64,000 bases of DNA, taken from the NCBI RefSeq assembly GCF_009914755.1, contig NC_060931.1; one strand, written 5' to 3'. Under the pieces are notes generated by a model. It was not told the DNA's origin and searched no databases. It saw only the letters and a list, made by a program, of their open reading frames with translations. The stretch's first letter is position 1, and the number at the start of each line of letters is the position of its first letter. Below are positions 23,187 through 36,469 of the stretch, one piece after another. The translations under genes were made by a program, and so were the position numbers. The stretch comes from the human T2T-CHM13v2.0 reference genome, Homo sapiens.

Positions 23187-26100
23187 CTAGAAGCAGAAGG
23201 GCCCCGTGAGTCTGCGCTCCGTGCACAGGGAGCCCGCGGGTCCAAGAGGGGGCCCTGGACCTGCACAGACCACTGCGTTTTCAGAAAGGCCACCAGGCGC
23301 CAGGCTTGGGTTCAGGTGTCCTTCAGCGTTCCCACCGCAGGGCCCCACATGCACCCACCCCGCCCACACCGGCGCCCCCTCCACGGCACTGATGGGCCCC
23401 TTGATGACACAACCGCGCTACAATTCGCTTCCTGGGAGAGTTAGTGGGATGGATGGCGTCATTTTCCCACATGAGATGGCAGTGTGATGAAGTCAGGACT
23501 GCGCGCCTGGCTCTGTCCAGGACCTGACCCCACCATGTCAGGTGGTTATCGCATTACAGAGGCCCTTGGGCAGCCCTGGGATCCATCAAAATCAGTCACC
23601 CCTGGGCCCAAGGAATCGTGAGACTGAATTAATTTTGTAACAAGATCTGGAGCACACGTGCACACGCACGTACCCCCATCTGTACCTGCCCTCCTCTCCC
23701 TAAGGGAAGGAAATCTCTGATCCTTAAACACTGAGCAGAGACAAACTGACTTCAGCTGCTATAGCCTTGCCGGTGTTTGTTTTTTAAATAATTCAAAGAA
23801 ATACACGCTGGTGACAATGAACTCAAGTGCTCCCTGGGGTACTAGGCCCTCTCTGCCCCATGCCTCTCCAGCGCTGCGGAGCTCACCCGGCTTTCTCTGT
23901 GACAGGCCGGCAGGGGAGTAGCCCTCCCTCCCTAAGTGGGGGCCAGCACGGGCGCTGAGGCCTGGAGGCAAGACTGTGTGCGAAGGGCTCTGTGGATGGA
24001 TCACCAGGACACAGGGGGCTTTCCCTGTTGGGGCCTGGTTTGCAGAGACCCTGGGTGAGGAGGAACCAGCTGCAGGTGGGAGGAAGCCTGGCTCAGCGGA
24101 ACTGGAGGCCGGAAGCGGGTCTCTGCAGTCCCTCTGGGACCCTCTGGCCCCTGCCTCACTCAGTGCTGCCGTCCTCCTTTGATGCCTAAGGCAGCCTGCA
24201 ATGCGGTTGCCACCGCCAGCCTGGAACAGGAGCCCAGCCTCCAGCTGTTCCTCCTCTCCCCACAGGCCCCAGTCTCATCAGTGTCCCACCAGCCTACCTG
24301 TTAAAGGGTCTGTCTAGACCCTGGTCTGGGCAAATCTGCCCCCAAGCTCTCTGCTGCATCTCCCCAGCCCTCAGACCCTGCCCCCAACATCTCTCCTGAG
24401 CCCTGGCGGGGCTTCCACTCCCCGAACCCCTGCAAGCTGCTCCGTCACTGGAACCCTCTGCCCCAACTGTGGCACCGCCTCACTGGTCCCCTTTAAGACC
24501 CAGCCAGGCCCACAGCAAGGCCCAAAGTCCTTGTTGCCCTCGTGTCCCTGTCTCACCGCGGGCTCCATGCTCTCTGCAAGCCCTTGGCCTTCACCTTCCC
24601 CACCTCCACTGCAGCACACCAGGGAGGCCCAAGTCCACAGGGGAGGGCAGGAGACCCTGGGGGCAACCTGCCTTGTCCCACAGTCCTCCAGTGAGCAGTG
24701 AGAGGTGTTCTATGTCCCCGAGACCCTAGGGACAGGAGGACAGTGCTGATTCCTTCCAGGCACTTGCTCCAGCTTGAACTGCTGTGGCAGAATCAGCTGA
24801 CAGCAACTCCACTACCCTGACATCCGTCACTGTCACGGTCGCCTCTGCTTCCCTCCAGAGACTCCAGAGCAGGCCCCGCTCCAGCTGCACTGGTGCCAGC
24901 TGCCATCCCCCAAACAGCGGCCAAAGGCATCTTTTCAAAAACGTGGCAATCATGCCCCTCCGGCTTGAAGCCCCCCAAAGGGTCCCACTGCACTCAGCTT
25001 TAAACCCAACTCCTTGGGCGGCAGCAGGGGCTGCCCTTCCTGGCTCCCCAGCTGTGGCCTTTCTCCCTGCCCTGTTATCTGAGTCTCCAGTTCTTGGGGA
25101 GCTCATCCAGGAGCCCCCAGGTTGTGTGTTTCTGTCCAGCGCCTGCTCTCTTCCTCCACGCTCCCAGCATGGTGGACAGCAAAGGACCTGTATGTTCCAC
25201 TAGCCCACACACCTGGCCCCGCCTGGGAGGGGTCTGCCAGGTGGCCTCTCAGCTCCACCTTGGGTCCCCCGCTCACACCTCCCATGCAGAGCCCCATCCC
25301 TGTCCAGTCCTCAGGGCCAGGGGGTCGTTGCAGACCAGGACTGCAGGCCCAGGGAAGGGGTGATAAGCTTGGTCTCAGAGCCGAGCAGGCTCTGCTCACA
25401 CTTGTTTCTGGCCACACCACACAGCATTCTCGCCTGCAGACAAGAGCCTGGCTTCTGGAACCTGCAGATGGGAGCCACTTTCTCTCTGTAAGTTTCTGTC
25501 TTCATTGCCGTTAGCAGGCAGGCGCGTACGTGCACACACAGGTCCACATGCACACACTTTCTGTATGGCAGCTCGGATTGGGCCACCTCCTAGGATTTTT
25601 TTTTTTTTTTTTTTTCTGGTGATTGATTCAAGACTCGAAGTCTTAAGTTACCAACAATCGTAAGCCACGCCTGTGTACACAGCAGGGCTCCTACGCTCTG
25701 GCAAAGCATCCAGGCCTTTTTAAGACCACCTGTTCTAAAAGCAAATCTACAATAAGAATGCAACCAAGCCAGGCCGCACTCCCCGCTGAGCACACGCCTG
25801 GAAGCACGTTCTAGATCCTGCACCCATCTCGTCTGCCTCCAGCCAGGGCCCTGGCTCGCCAGCCTTTGGTCTCGAACTTTGTTTCTGAGAACACAGCAGA
25901 CATACAGGGTGCTGGGAGAGGACAAGGAAGCCAGCCCCTAGAGCAGCAGGTGCTCACCGGGCCGCCCACCACACTGAGGCCACGCCAGCTGGACCAGCCC
26001 CTCCAGGGCCCCTGCGCTTGGCACCCGGCGCCCAGCCAGCTCTTGGTTCCCGTGAGCACTGTGTGCACTCATTTCATGGCCTGTTTATCTGCCCAACCAG

Positions 26101-26560
26101 AAAACAGGTTAGACAACACGAGCTCTGCTGTGCCTTCATTTCATTCACACACTTACGTCTCTAGAGCCGACCTTTCCCTGGTGGCAGGGGTCACATTGGC
26201 TGCCAGGCAGGCTGATGGCGTCACTGTCCCTCGAGGGGACACTGGTGGGCAACGCAGGAACCAGAAGGGAGGCATCTAATCAAACGAACATCCCACTTAT
26301 CCCGGCCCCAGAGTGCCTGCCGGCATTTCCGGTTACATTCCCCCCCACCGGCCCTCACTCTAGAACACTCGCACAATGTGATTTGAATCGGGTCTCTCAG
26401 GCACCCGAGCCAAAGACCATGGTACTAGGTTTTCAGGCAAATATCTACAACTCCCCTAAACCTCGGTACAGCCAGAAAAAAGTCAAAGAGCAATGGCCAA
26501 GGTCAAAGACCCTAATGGGAATGGCAGACCTGTGGGACTCACACCCTTTCCACCAGCTGA

Positions 26561-26886
<326 letters not shown>

Positions 26887-27453
26887 GATAAAATTTTTAA
26901 AAAATCACCAGGATGCTCCACTCCATGTCTCACGTGCTGCCCAGCGGCCGCCTGCTCTCAGAAAGGCTTGCGTGAACCCAGCTACCGCATCTCGCCCGCT
27001 TCACTGTGGGCATAAGGCAACCATCCCCGCCCCGCAGGCAAAACAACCCCTCAGCATTTCTAAAACTGCCCGTAATTGCCCTAAATTGCTCCAAAGGCCT
27101 TTAGAGCACTCCCGAAATCTCTCCATGCGCTGCTGGGTTAGTATGGGGTGGAGGGTGACGCCGCAGGGACAGGGCTGGCTGTCTGCTTCTCTACTGCTGC
27201 GGACCCCTAGAGACACAGGGTGGGGGGCAAGTTGGTTCCCACACAGCATCCCCATGTGCTCCAGGTCCCAGCCACTCTCAGCCCCGCCCCTGGGGGTGGG
27301 TGTAGCATTCACCACACCGTGCACGGCGCAGCCCCAGCAAGTCCACAGATGGATCGGATGAATGGCAGCCACACAGCGGAGCTCACACAGACCAACGTGG
27401 GGAGAGCGAGAGGAATGAGCCGCTGAGGGGGCGGGGAGCCACTGGGTACCTAC

Positions 27454-27456
27454 CTC
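27454..27456 (-). CDS. CYTH3: CYTH3 alternative 3-nt microexon (GAG) adding one Gly: diglycine to triglycine PH loop
   Basis: Minus strand reads ctgtccctgcttgtcctgctttAG|GAG|GTaggt, in the phase-1 intron that splits the LKL-G-G-R loop; about 135 nt AG-free zone upstream. Confidence 0.88.
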
Positions 27457-27910
27457 CTAAAGCAGGACAAGCAGGGACAGCCCGTCACAGAACAGAAAGG
27501 TGGGAGCCACAGGCAGAAGGAAAACAACAAGAAGGCACATTTAAACCACGCGTCAAAAATCACAGCCACACCAAACCGAGAGAGGCACACAGGCTCTGTG
27601 GAGATAATGCGCTTGCTTCTCGTGCAGGAAGCTGCCCTGGCTGGATCTGGATGCTAACTCAGCAGTTTTCTGGGACGGGCCGTGCAGCCTGGGCGCTACT
27701 CTCTGCCGCGGGCATGGCTCTGAGGCCCCGGCTCGGAGAAGCAGCCGTGGCCATGCAGCTACCGAGAGCGGGCTCTGGCTTAACCGCGTTTCTTTTTAAC
27801 GTCTCTGCCTGCGGTGGGGGGCATTCCTACGATGAGCCTGGGAGGAACCCGAGGGGCTGCTGCCATGGGCAGAGGGGTCACGCCCGGGTCCCGCTGGGCC
27901 GGCGGCTCAC

Positions 27911-28022
27911 CCAGCTTCAGGAGCCAGCCCTCGCGGTCGGGGTTGAAGAAGGTGTGGGTCAGGTCGTTCCCGTCGTCCTCCGGGATCTTAAATGGCTCGT
28001 TCTTAATGCTCTCATACAAATT
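27911..28022 (-). CDS. CYTH3: CYTH3 exon 9: [37 protein letters not shown](G), Sec7-PH linker and PH strand 1
   Basis: ttgcag| ... g|gtgagc; 112 nt. Confidence 0.97.
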
Positions 28023-28205
28023 CTGCAAGGAGGGAAAACAGCAGCCAGTTCAGAGACTCGGAGGAAAATGGCTGGCCGGGCAGAAAGCTCAGCGGGACCA
28101 GGGCGGCAAGGAGGCTTGGGAGGCGTGTCTAGAGCCGCGGGCGCTGCGGCCGCTCACAGCGAAGAGATCCTGCAGACGGCAGCGGCCGCGGGCCGGGGAG
28201 CTCAC

Positions 28206-28354
28206 CCTCAGCAGCTCCTCAGGGAGGTCCCCGCCCTCGTTGATGCCGCGGTTCATGGCGATGAACCGTTCTGCCGTGGGCTTGTCACGCACGTTGTGGT
28301 TGTGGAGGCTGGTGTTGAGCATGATGATGGCGAATGACAGCACGTAGCACGTGT
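28206..28354 (-). CDS. CYTH3: CYTH3 exon 8 (Sec7): (D)[18 protein letters not shown]...DLPEELLR
   Basis: ttgcag| ... |gtgagc; 149 nt; Sec7 motif 2. Confidence 0.97.
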
Positions 28355-28577
28355 CTGCAACGAGTCCGGGGTGCTGGGCTCAGCCAGAACCTCCAGTGGA
28401 CAGTGGGACCCCGCGTGCTGGGGGCCCGCCTGCAAGAGGTGCCCGGCCCACAGGTCGTCCTCGCTCAGGGAAGGCAGGTCCCCAGGAACACACGCTGGGC
28501 TGTGCCCACAGGGGCCGCCCCCTCCAGAGCTGGAGGCTGTGCCTGGCAAGGGGCCAGGCTGTGGGCTCTGCACTGAC

Positions 28578-28690
28578 CTGTGGACTGGAAGACCCCGGGG
28601 TTGCACAGGCAGTAGCGAGAAGCGAAAGCCTCCATCATGCGATCAATCTTCTGCGCCTCCCCGGGCAGCCTGAAGCTCCATAAGAACTGC
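28578..28690 (-). CDS. CYTH3: CYTH3 exon 7 (Sec7 catalytic glutamate finger, [17 protein letters not shown])
   Basis: ccacag| ... g|gtcagt; 113 nt. Confidence 0.97.
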
Positions 28691-31028
28691 CTGTGGAGAC
28701 ACCAAAGCCATGGGAAGCCGCATCAGAACCAACACCGCCTCACGGCCAAGGGCGGCTTCTGCCCAGCTCAGGAAGGACGTTTTCCTCCCGAGCCTGGGGT
28801 ACAGCTCTGGCAGGGGCTTGGGGGCGCAGAGACAGAAAGGAGAAGACCCAGGACAGTCTCCTTCCGTTCCATAACTCGAGACACGCTTACTGATGGCTCA
28901 TCTTTTTGTAACTACAACCAATTCAGCAGCGAGGCCGGTTGTCTCTGCCTAAAAAGTAAATATCCAGGATCCTGGCACTTCTCTGTCCCCATTGCCACCA
29001 TCTCCTGCTGCTGCCAGGTGATCACCAGAGCCCTGCCTGTCCCGAGCTGCCACCAGCCGGTCCTCCTTTCAGAACTCCCACACATAAGGCAGAGCCATAG
29101 CCCACAGGACGGTATCCAAAGCCCCACCTACAGCACTGGGCGCTGCGGTCAGAAGCTGCTGCTGCCTTGCTGGGCAGACACATGCCTGCCTCAGAGACCA
29201 GGCCCAGCAGACACTCCCACCCTCAGGCATCCCCTCTGGCTGAGGTCTCCCTGGCTGCCCTGCCTGTAATTGGAACCCCCAGCCCAACAACCCGCCCCGC
29301 CCCCGCTCACTGCTTCCCTTCCTTGCGTTCCTTGGCTGCGTGGCACCACCCCTGCTACCTGTCTGCCTTAGCCACCGTCTGCCCGCCCAGGAGTGAGCCC
29401 CGGAGGCAGGGGCTGCAGTCCCCATGGCCAGCTGCAGCCTCCCGCACCAGCTATTCAGCAACGTCTGATGCTGCCGTGGATTTAGCACAAGGATCAAGAC
29501 CGAGTTAGACCTTGAGGCTCCAATTAAGTCTCTGGGCTTTTTAAAATACTGATCCCACCAGCCATCGGGGGAGGATGCAGCCTGGCCCCGCGGGGCTCCT
29601 CTTCCTCTGCACGTCCCTCACACAGGGCAGCTCCCCAGGGTCCTTCCTCTGCTCTCTCTTCCCAGGATTCCAGCCACGTCTGGCCCCACTCTCTACCAGG
29701 CCCCTTCTTCTCCGCCAGGCCTGCACCAGCAGCCTTCAGACTCAACACAACCACCCCTCCTCCACCCCTCACTCCCTCTCTGCCCCACATTCACCAGCAA
29801 AGCATGCACCTGCCCACCCCACAGCAGTGATGCGTCTCGAGTCAGCCCGCATGCCTCTGCCCCACACAGGCTTGCCGTGCCCCTCAGGACAAAAGCTAAC
29901 ATCCTCAGGGCAGCTCCTCAGGCCACAGGACCTGCCTGTATTCCCGCCCATCCTGTGCCTCCATCAGGCCCTCTACGGGGCTATGCCAGGCTCCCACGGC
30001 TGTGGGAATTAATAGGAACCTCTCCGGCTCTCGCCAGAGACTGATGGACTGAAAGAAATGGAGTCACAGCTGCAAGGGCCGCACCAGACACCCCTCCCAG
30101 ACTCACCAGGCCTGCACCCTTCTCTGGATGTACAGCTTCCAGAAACGCAATCTGATAAGCCTGAACTGCGGCTGCAGGATTCTTATATGTTGCGAACTCT
30201 CAGCGCACTGTTCAGCCCCAGGCTGCGCTGTGAGCACAACATCACGAGGGTCCCACAAAAACGCTGCCAACATTGCAGTCTGCAGTTGAGGTAAGGCCAT
30301 GAGCAAACAGTCCACGTAAACGAGAACAAGGTATGAAGCCGAAGATTTGAGAAGATGACGAGGTGCGGCCTGATTTTCTTAGTCCAAGGGCCGGCTGAGG
30401 CGACTCCCACCAGAAGCCCTGCCTCCTCTCCCCCGGATGCTGCTGAGTGCTGGCTCAGGGTCAAGGCCCAGAACAGATGAAGAGCCCACGCGACTCAGCC
30501 AGGGCACCAAGGAAGGAAGCGAGACAACTTCCTGCTTGCAGAGCAGGAGGAAGACAACGTGCAGGAAGGGCAGCTCAAGGGGGCATCCAGGGAGTGTGTC
30601 CCAGACACCAAAATGGCGAGACACCTACATCCTCTCTGGCACACTCAGGTATCCATGCGTTTGGTGCTTTGGGTCAAGTGTGGAAGGAAGTAACCCCATG
30701 GAGCACCAACGCCACGCCATACAGAGCTTGGGAACAAGGCACTCGACTACTGCCATACACCATTACAAATAAAAGGAAACGGAATGGAAGGAGCATCAGC
30801 GGCCACAGTGAGGAAAGCACGGCCCTTATCTTAAGCGTGTGCCCCAATTCCTGTCTAGGGCTGCTCAGTGTCACACAGCATTAGCTGGATCATCCGGAAA
30901 AGGAGCCAGCATCTGTGAGACTCGTGTGGCACCAAGTTACCTGGAGTCAATTCACCGCCACTGCTGCCCAGGCAGTGGTCCTCTGGCCTTCCCCATCCAC
31001 TCTACACCCAGCAAATGATCATACTTAC

Positions 31029-31109
31029 CTTAAGGCTTGTACAAGGTTGAGATCAGCAAACTCATGGAGTTCAACAAAGGCTTGAAGAACTTTAATATTA
31101 AATTCATCC
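31029..31109 (-). CDS. CYTH3: CYTH3 exon 6: [26 protein letters not shown]
   Basis: ttcccag| ... |gtaagt; 81 nt. Confidence 0.96.
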
Positions 31110-31822
31110 CTGGGAAAAAAAGAAGTAAGTTTCAAACCTAATGTACATTATCGCAATCATTTTAAAAGATGCGGCTGATGAATAATGTGGCTATGAACGT
31201 TCATGCACAAGTTTCTGCATGGCCATGCTTTTTTAAAACATTTGTATTTTTTGTAGAGGCAGGGCTGGCCATGTTACCCAGGCTGGTCTGCAACTCCTGG
31301 GCTCAAGTGGTCCTCCCACACCTCCCTGGGCCTCCCAAAGTGCTGGGATTACAGGCATGAGCCCCCACACCTGGCCACATTTTTATTTCTATTGAGTAAA
31401 TACCTAAGAGTGGAATTACTGGGTTCCATGTTAAAGTTTATGTTTTACATTTTGAGTAACTGCCAGAGAGATTTCCAAAGTATCATTTTATATCCTTTTT
31501 TTTTTTGAGCCAGAATTTCACTCTTGTGGCCCAGACTGGAATACAATGGCGTGATCTCAACTCACCGAAATCTCTGCCTCCTGGGTTCGAAGCGACTCTC
31601 CTGCCTCAGCCTCCTAAGTAGCTGGGATTACAGGCATGCGCCACCATGCCCGGCTAACTTTTGTATTTTTAGTAGAGATGGGGTTTCTCCATGTTGGTCA
31701 GGCTGGTCTCGAACTCCCGACCTCAGGTGATCCGCCCACCTCAGCCTCCCAAAGTGCTGGGATTACAGGTGTGAGCCACGGCACCTGCCTGCATCATTTT
31801 ATATCTTATCAGCAATGAATAA

Positions 31823-32128
<306 letters not shown>

Positions 32129-32373
32129 TAGCCAGGATGGTCTAGATCTCCTAACCTCGTGATCCACCCACCTCGGCCTCCCAAAGTGCTGGGATTACAG
32201 GCCTGAGCCGCCACGCCCAGCCTCTCCTTGTGGTTTCAATCTGCATCTCCTTGATGATCAATTGAGCATTTTTTCCTGTGCTTATTGGCCACTTGTGTAA
32301 CGTCTATTCAGATCCTTTGCCAGTTTATAACTGAGTAATTTTTGTTATTTTTACTCTTATTTGGAAGAGTTCT

Positions 32374-32474
32374 TTATATAATCTAGATAGAAGTCCTTAG
32401 GAGATTACAAGGACTGAATCAGTATGATAACTGGTCCTTATAATCTGCTAAGGACTTACATCTAGATTATATAA
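32374..32474. repeat. Inverted repeat: 41-bp arms (37/41 matching), 19-nt spacer
   Basis: 32374-32414 compared base by base with the reverse complement of 32434-32474. Confidence 0.95.
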
Positions 32475-32589
32475 GGAGAAATATATGAAGATATTTGCAA
32501 GTAATACTGATTTATTTCTATTTTTTGTAGAGGCAGGGCTCACTATGTTACCCAGGATGGCCTGTGGGTTGTCTTTTTACCTTTTTTTC

Positions 32590-32680
32590 AGGCTAGTCAA
32601 GTGAAGCAGTGGGAGTGGGGAAGGAACCAAGGAATCTGTAACTGATGATTAGCTATGAACACCACCATGCCCGGCCAGCC
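32590..32680 (-). pseudogene. Y3 RNA (RNY3-type) retropseudogene with a short A tail (32582-32588)
   Basis: Reverse complement ggctggccgggcatggtggtgttcatagctaatcatcagttacagattccttggttccttccccactcccactgcttcacttgactagcct aligns with hY3 as recalled; the 3' half is near-identical. Confidence 0.9.
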
Positions 32681-32945
32681 TTCAATTTCTTGATGTCTTC
32701 TGAAGCACAATATTCTGATGAAGTAGAGTCTACCTACTTTTACCCAGCACCATTTGTTGAAAAGGCTATTCTTCCCCCCACTGAAATTGTCTTGGTACCT
32801 GGTTGAAAAATTATTTGACATTAATGTGAGGGTTTATTTCTGGATTCTGAATGCTGTTCCATCATTTATGTATGTGTATCCTTATGCCAGTCTTACAATG
32901 TCTTGACTATACACTTTAGTCTTTTTTTTTTTTTTTTTTTTTTGA

Positions 32946-33104
<159 letters not shown>

Positions 33105-33677
33105 TAGACATGGGGTTTCACCATGTTGGCCAGGCTGGTCTTAAACTCCTGACCTCAGGTGATCTGCCCGTCTCAGCCTCCCAAAATGCTGGGATTACAG
33201 AGTGAGTCACCGTGCCTGGCCACTTTATTTTGTAATCAGGAAATGTGAGTTCTGCAACTTTGTTCTTTTTTAGACTGCTGTGGTTATTTTGGGTCCCTTG
33301 AATTTTCCATAGTAATTTTAGGATGTGCAACTTCTGCAAAGAAGTCAGCTGGGATTTCAATAAGAAGTACAATAAATCTGTAGATCAGTGTTGGAATATT
33401 GGCATCTTAGCAATAGTAAGCCCTCCAATCCACGAACATGGGATGCTTTTCCATTTATTTAGGTCTTTTCATTTTTTTCAACAATGTTTTGTGGTTTTTG
33501 GAGTAAAAATGTTGCTTTTTTGTTAAATTTATCCTAAGTATCTTATTCCTTTTAATGCTATTATAAATGGAGCTGTTTACTTAATATCTGTTTCAGTTTA
33601 CTCATTGCTATTGTATAGAAATACAATTGATTTTTTTTTTTTTTTTTTTTTTTTTGAGCCAGAGTCTCACTCTGTAG

Positions 33678-33842
<165 letters not shown>

Positions 33843-35198
33843 TAGCCAGGATGGTCTCGATCTCCTGACCTTGTGATCTGCCCACCTCGGCCTCCCAAAG
33901 CGCTGGGATTACAGGCATGAGGCACCACGCCTGGCCAATTGAGTTTTGTATATTAATTGTATATCATGCAACCTTACTGAATGTATTACTTCTAATAGTT
34001 TTTAATGATTCCTTAGGATATTCTATATATATGATTGCATCATCTGCAAATAGAATTTAATTTCTTCCTTTCCAATTTGGATGTCTTTATGTTCTTGTCT
34101 AACTGTCCTGGCAAGGCGTGCCAGCACCGGGCTGAACAGCAGTACTAAGAGCAGACCTCCTTGTCTCGTTCCTGATCTTAGCAGGAGAGCAGTCTTTCAT
34201 CATTAAGTATGATGTTAAAGTGGGGTTTTTTATAGGTACCCTCCATCATGTTGAAGAAGTTCCATGCCTGTCTTAGCTTTTTAAGTGTTTTTATCGTGAA
34301 GGAGTTTTGAGTTCTGTCAAATGCTTTTCCTGTATTTGTTGAGAAGATCATGTGGGTTTTGTCCTTTATGTGAAAGATACATTACTTTAATTGACTTGTA
34401 TGTTGAACTAACCTTGCATGCATGGGGTAAGTCCCCCTTGGTGCACAATCCTTTTTACCTATTGCTTACTATATATTACAGTCATAAGGATAGGGTCTGC
34501 CATTTTCTAGCGGTGTCTTTGGTTTGGGTATCAGGTAGTGCTGGCCTCAGAGAATGAGTCGGGAAGTATTCCACTTTCCACTTTCGATCAAATATTTTTT
34601 TTAAAAAAGCTAAAAACCAAAACCGCCCAACTTTAGGAACTACTGGGCTTTTGTTTAAAAACACTTTCTTCTGGTCTTTGACAAAAGTCTGTTTGCCATA
34701 CTCAGGGCATGTGCTGCCTCAGCAGTCCTGCCCTAACCTCTGCTAAGCCAGTCGCAGTCAGAAAGTAAATCTGACCTGCTGCTTTCCATTAAAAAAATTC
34801 ACTTTCCACCTTTATTCATACTGCAAGTAACAGGAGAAAGAAAACCACTGAGAAATCAGGCTTATTTCTGGGCAAAACAGAAGACGATTAAGATGCTTTC
34901 CAAGACAAGGAGAAAGGGGCAGCAGCATTGTCAGTTCTGTTGTGGCTCCCTGAAAAACAGGATTCCAGAGGAGTCCCAGGATCCCATAATACGGTAATGC
35001 CTCTCTCCTCCCATGGACACGGGAGAGGAACCGGTTGCACTGGGCTCGCTTGGTATTGAGACGGGCATGTGGATGCCCACAGCCCGTGGCTCTATCATGC
35101 CTTTAGGCTGTGATGGCCCCGAAAGTGGAGCGTGAGCCTAGGTCAAGCTGCAGGGCTGAGTGGCCCCAGGTAGGGCTTTGCATCCTCCTCTAACTCAC

Positions 35199-35317
35199 CT
35201 TTCACCCAGGTAGTCCCCAATGACGGTCTTATTTAGGCCTTCTCCTTTATAAAGGAACTGGGCGACGTCTTCTGGGGAACTCTGTAGCAGGTCATTTTCT
35301 ATTAGAAACTGAATTCC
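35199..35317 (-). CDS. CYTH3: CYTH3 exon 5: [39 protein letters not shown]
   Basis: cttcag| ... |gtgagt; 119 nt. Confidence 0.96.
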
Positions 35318-36469
35318 CTGAAGAACATTAAAATGGAAGCACTGGTTAGGAGTGTCACTCAAACTCATTTTTCAAAGACAGAAATACACTTAGTGTCAGG
35401 ATTTTACTGGTATGGACACAGCAAAAATAATACCAGAGACACCCATACAACTGCACAATCTGATTTTCCCAAATCCATACTACATTTTATCCACCAAAGA
35501 AACGCACGTTCATTCCTCCTGTTCAGTTTAACAAGTTAAAAGACAGACAAATGGGTTATTGAACAAACCATTACAGGTGGTTATTAGAAATTATAAAGGC
35601 AGGAGTAACAGTAATATTAGATTTCCCAAGCTTAGAAAGATAGTTTATTCTGTGTCTGCGAGGAAAACTTTGTGGGTGGTGGCCACTGCCGGTTGGCCAA
35701 CCTGGCCCCACTCCCAGGGACGCAGCAAGCGGGTGGTGCTGGTCCCCTCTCCCTGCCACCCCCTTCACTAGAGAGGGAGTTTCCTGGCTGCCTTTGGCAC
35801 TAGAAATGACCTTGTGACCCAGATCTGGCCAGACAGAAAGGCAAGCCTGGAGGGAAAGTTTTTGATTTCCTGGTAAAAAGGAGCCCATGAGCCAGCACTG
35901 CTCTTCCTCCTCCTTTCTGCCTTGAACACTTATGTGATGACCAGAGCCACAGTGGCCATCTCACATGGGAAACCCTGAGATGTGTACAGGGACCGCCTTC
36001 TTGCCACTTGGGAGCCACCTACTGCTACACAGCTGTGTGAGAAGATAAACCTCGCCCTGTGTAAGATACATTTTGTTGGATTTTCTATTACCTGATGCCA
36101 AAAACATACTGACATGCTGTGCCACCAAGCTCATCCAGTCAAAGCTCATGCCCACTCTGAGGGCTGCGGCACAGCTGACAATCTCAAAGGCAATGGGCTG
36201 CCCCTGGCCTGAATCAGCTGAGCACTGTCTCATGAGAAGTCCCAGGAACCTATTAATAGAAATGTTTACCTCTAACACAGCCTTGCAGCCAGTTTCAAAA
36301 TATGTGTTGGCAAGGGTGGCAAGGGAATAGGGAATTCAGAAATCAATTTGCCAGGAGGCCATTTCTACAAATTCAGAGAGGCTTTATCCAGCTAAGACTC
36401 TCAGTACCCAAGACCAGGGCTGCCTCATACCCTCACGGTCCATCCAGAAATTTCCTATTTTTTTTAAAC

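Noticed and set aside
28023-28205. 183-nt CYTH3 intron (multiple of 3) as an in-frame retained intron; also a 9-bp GC stem between two GCGGCCGC sites (28146-28189)
   Set aside because: Retention hits an in-frame stop at 28089-28091, and short GC stems are expected by chance at this composition.
27651-29269. + strand ORFs of 228, 177 and 210 aa
   Set aside because: Antisense shadows of GC-rich CYTH3 exons 7-9 and their introns.
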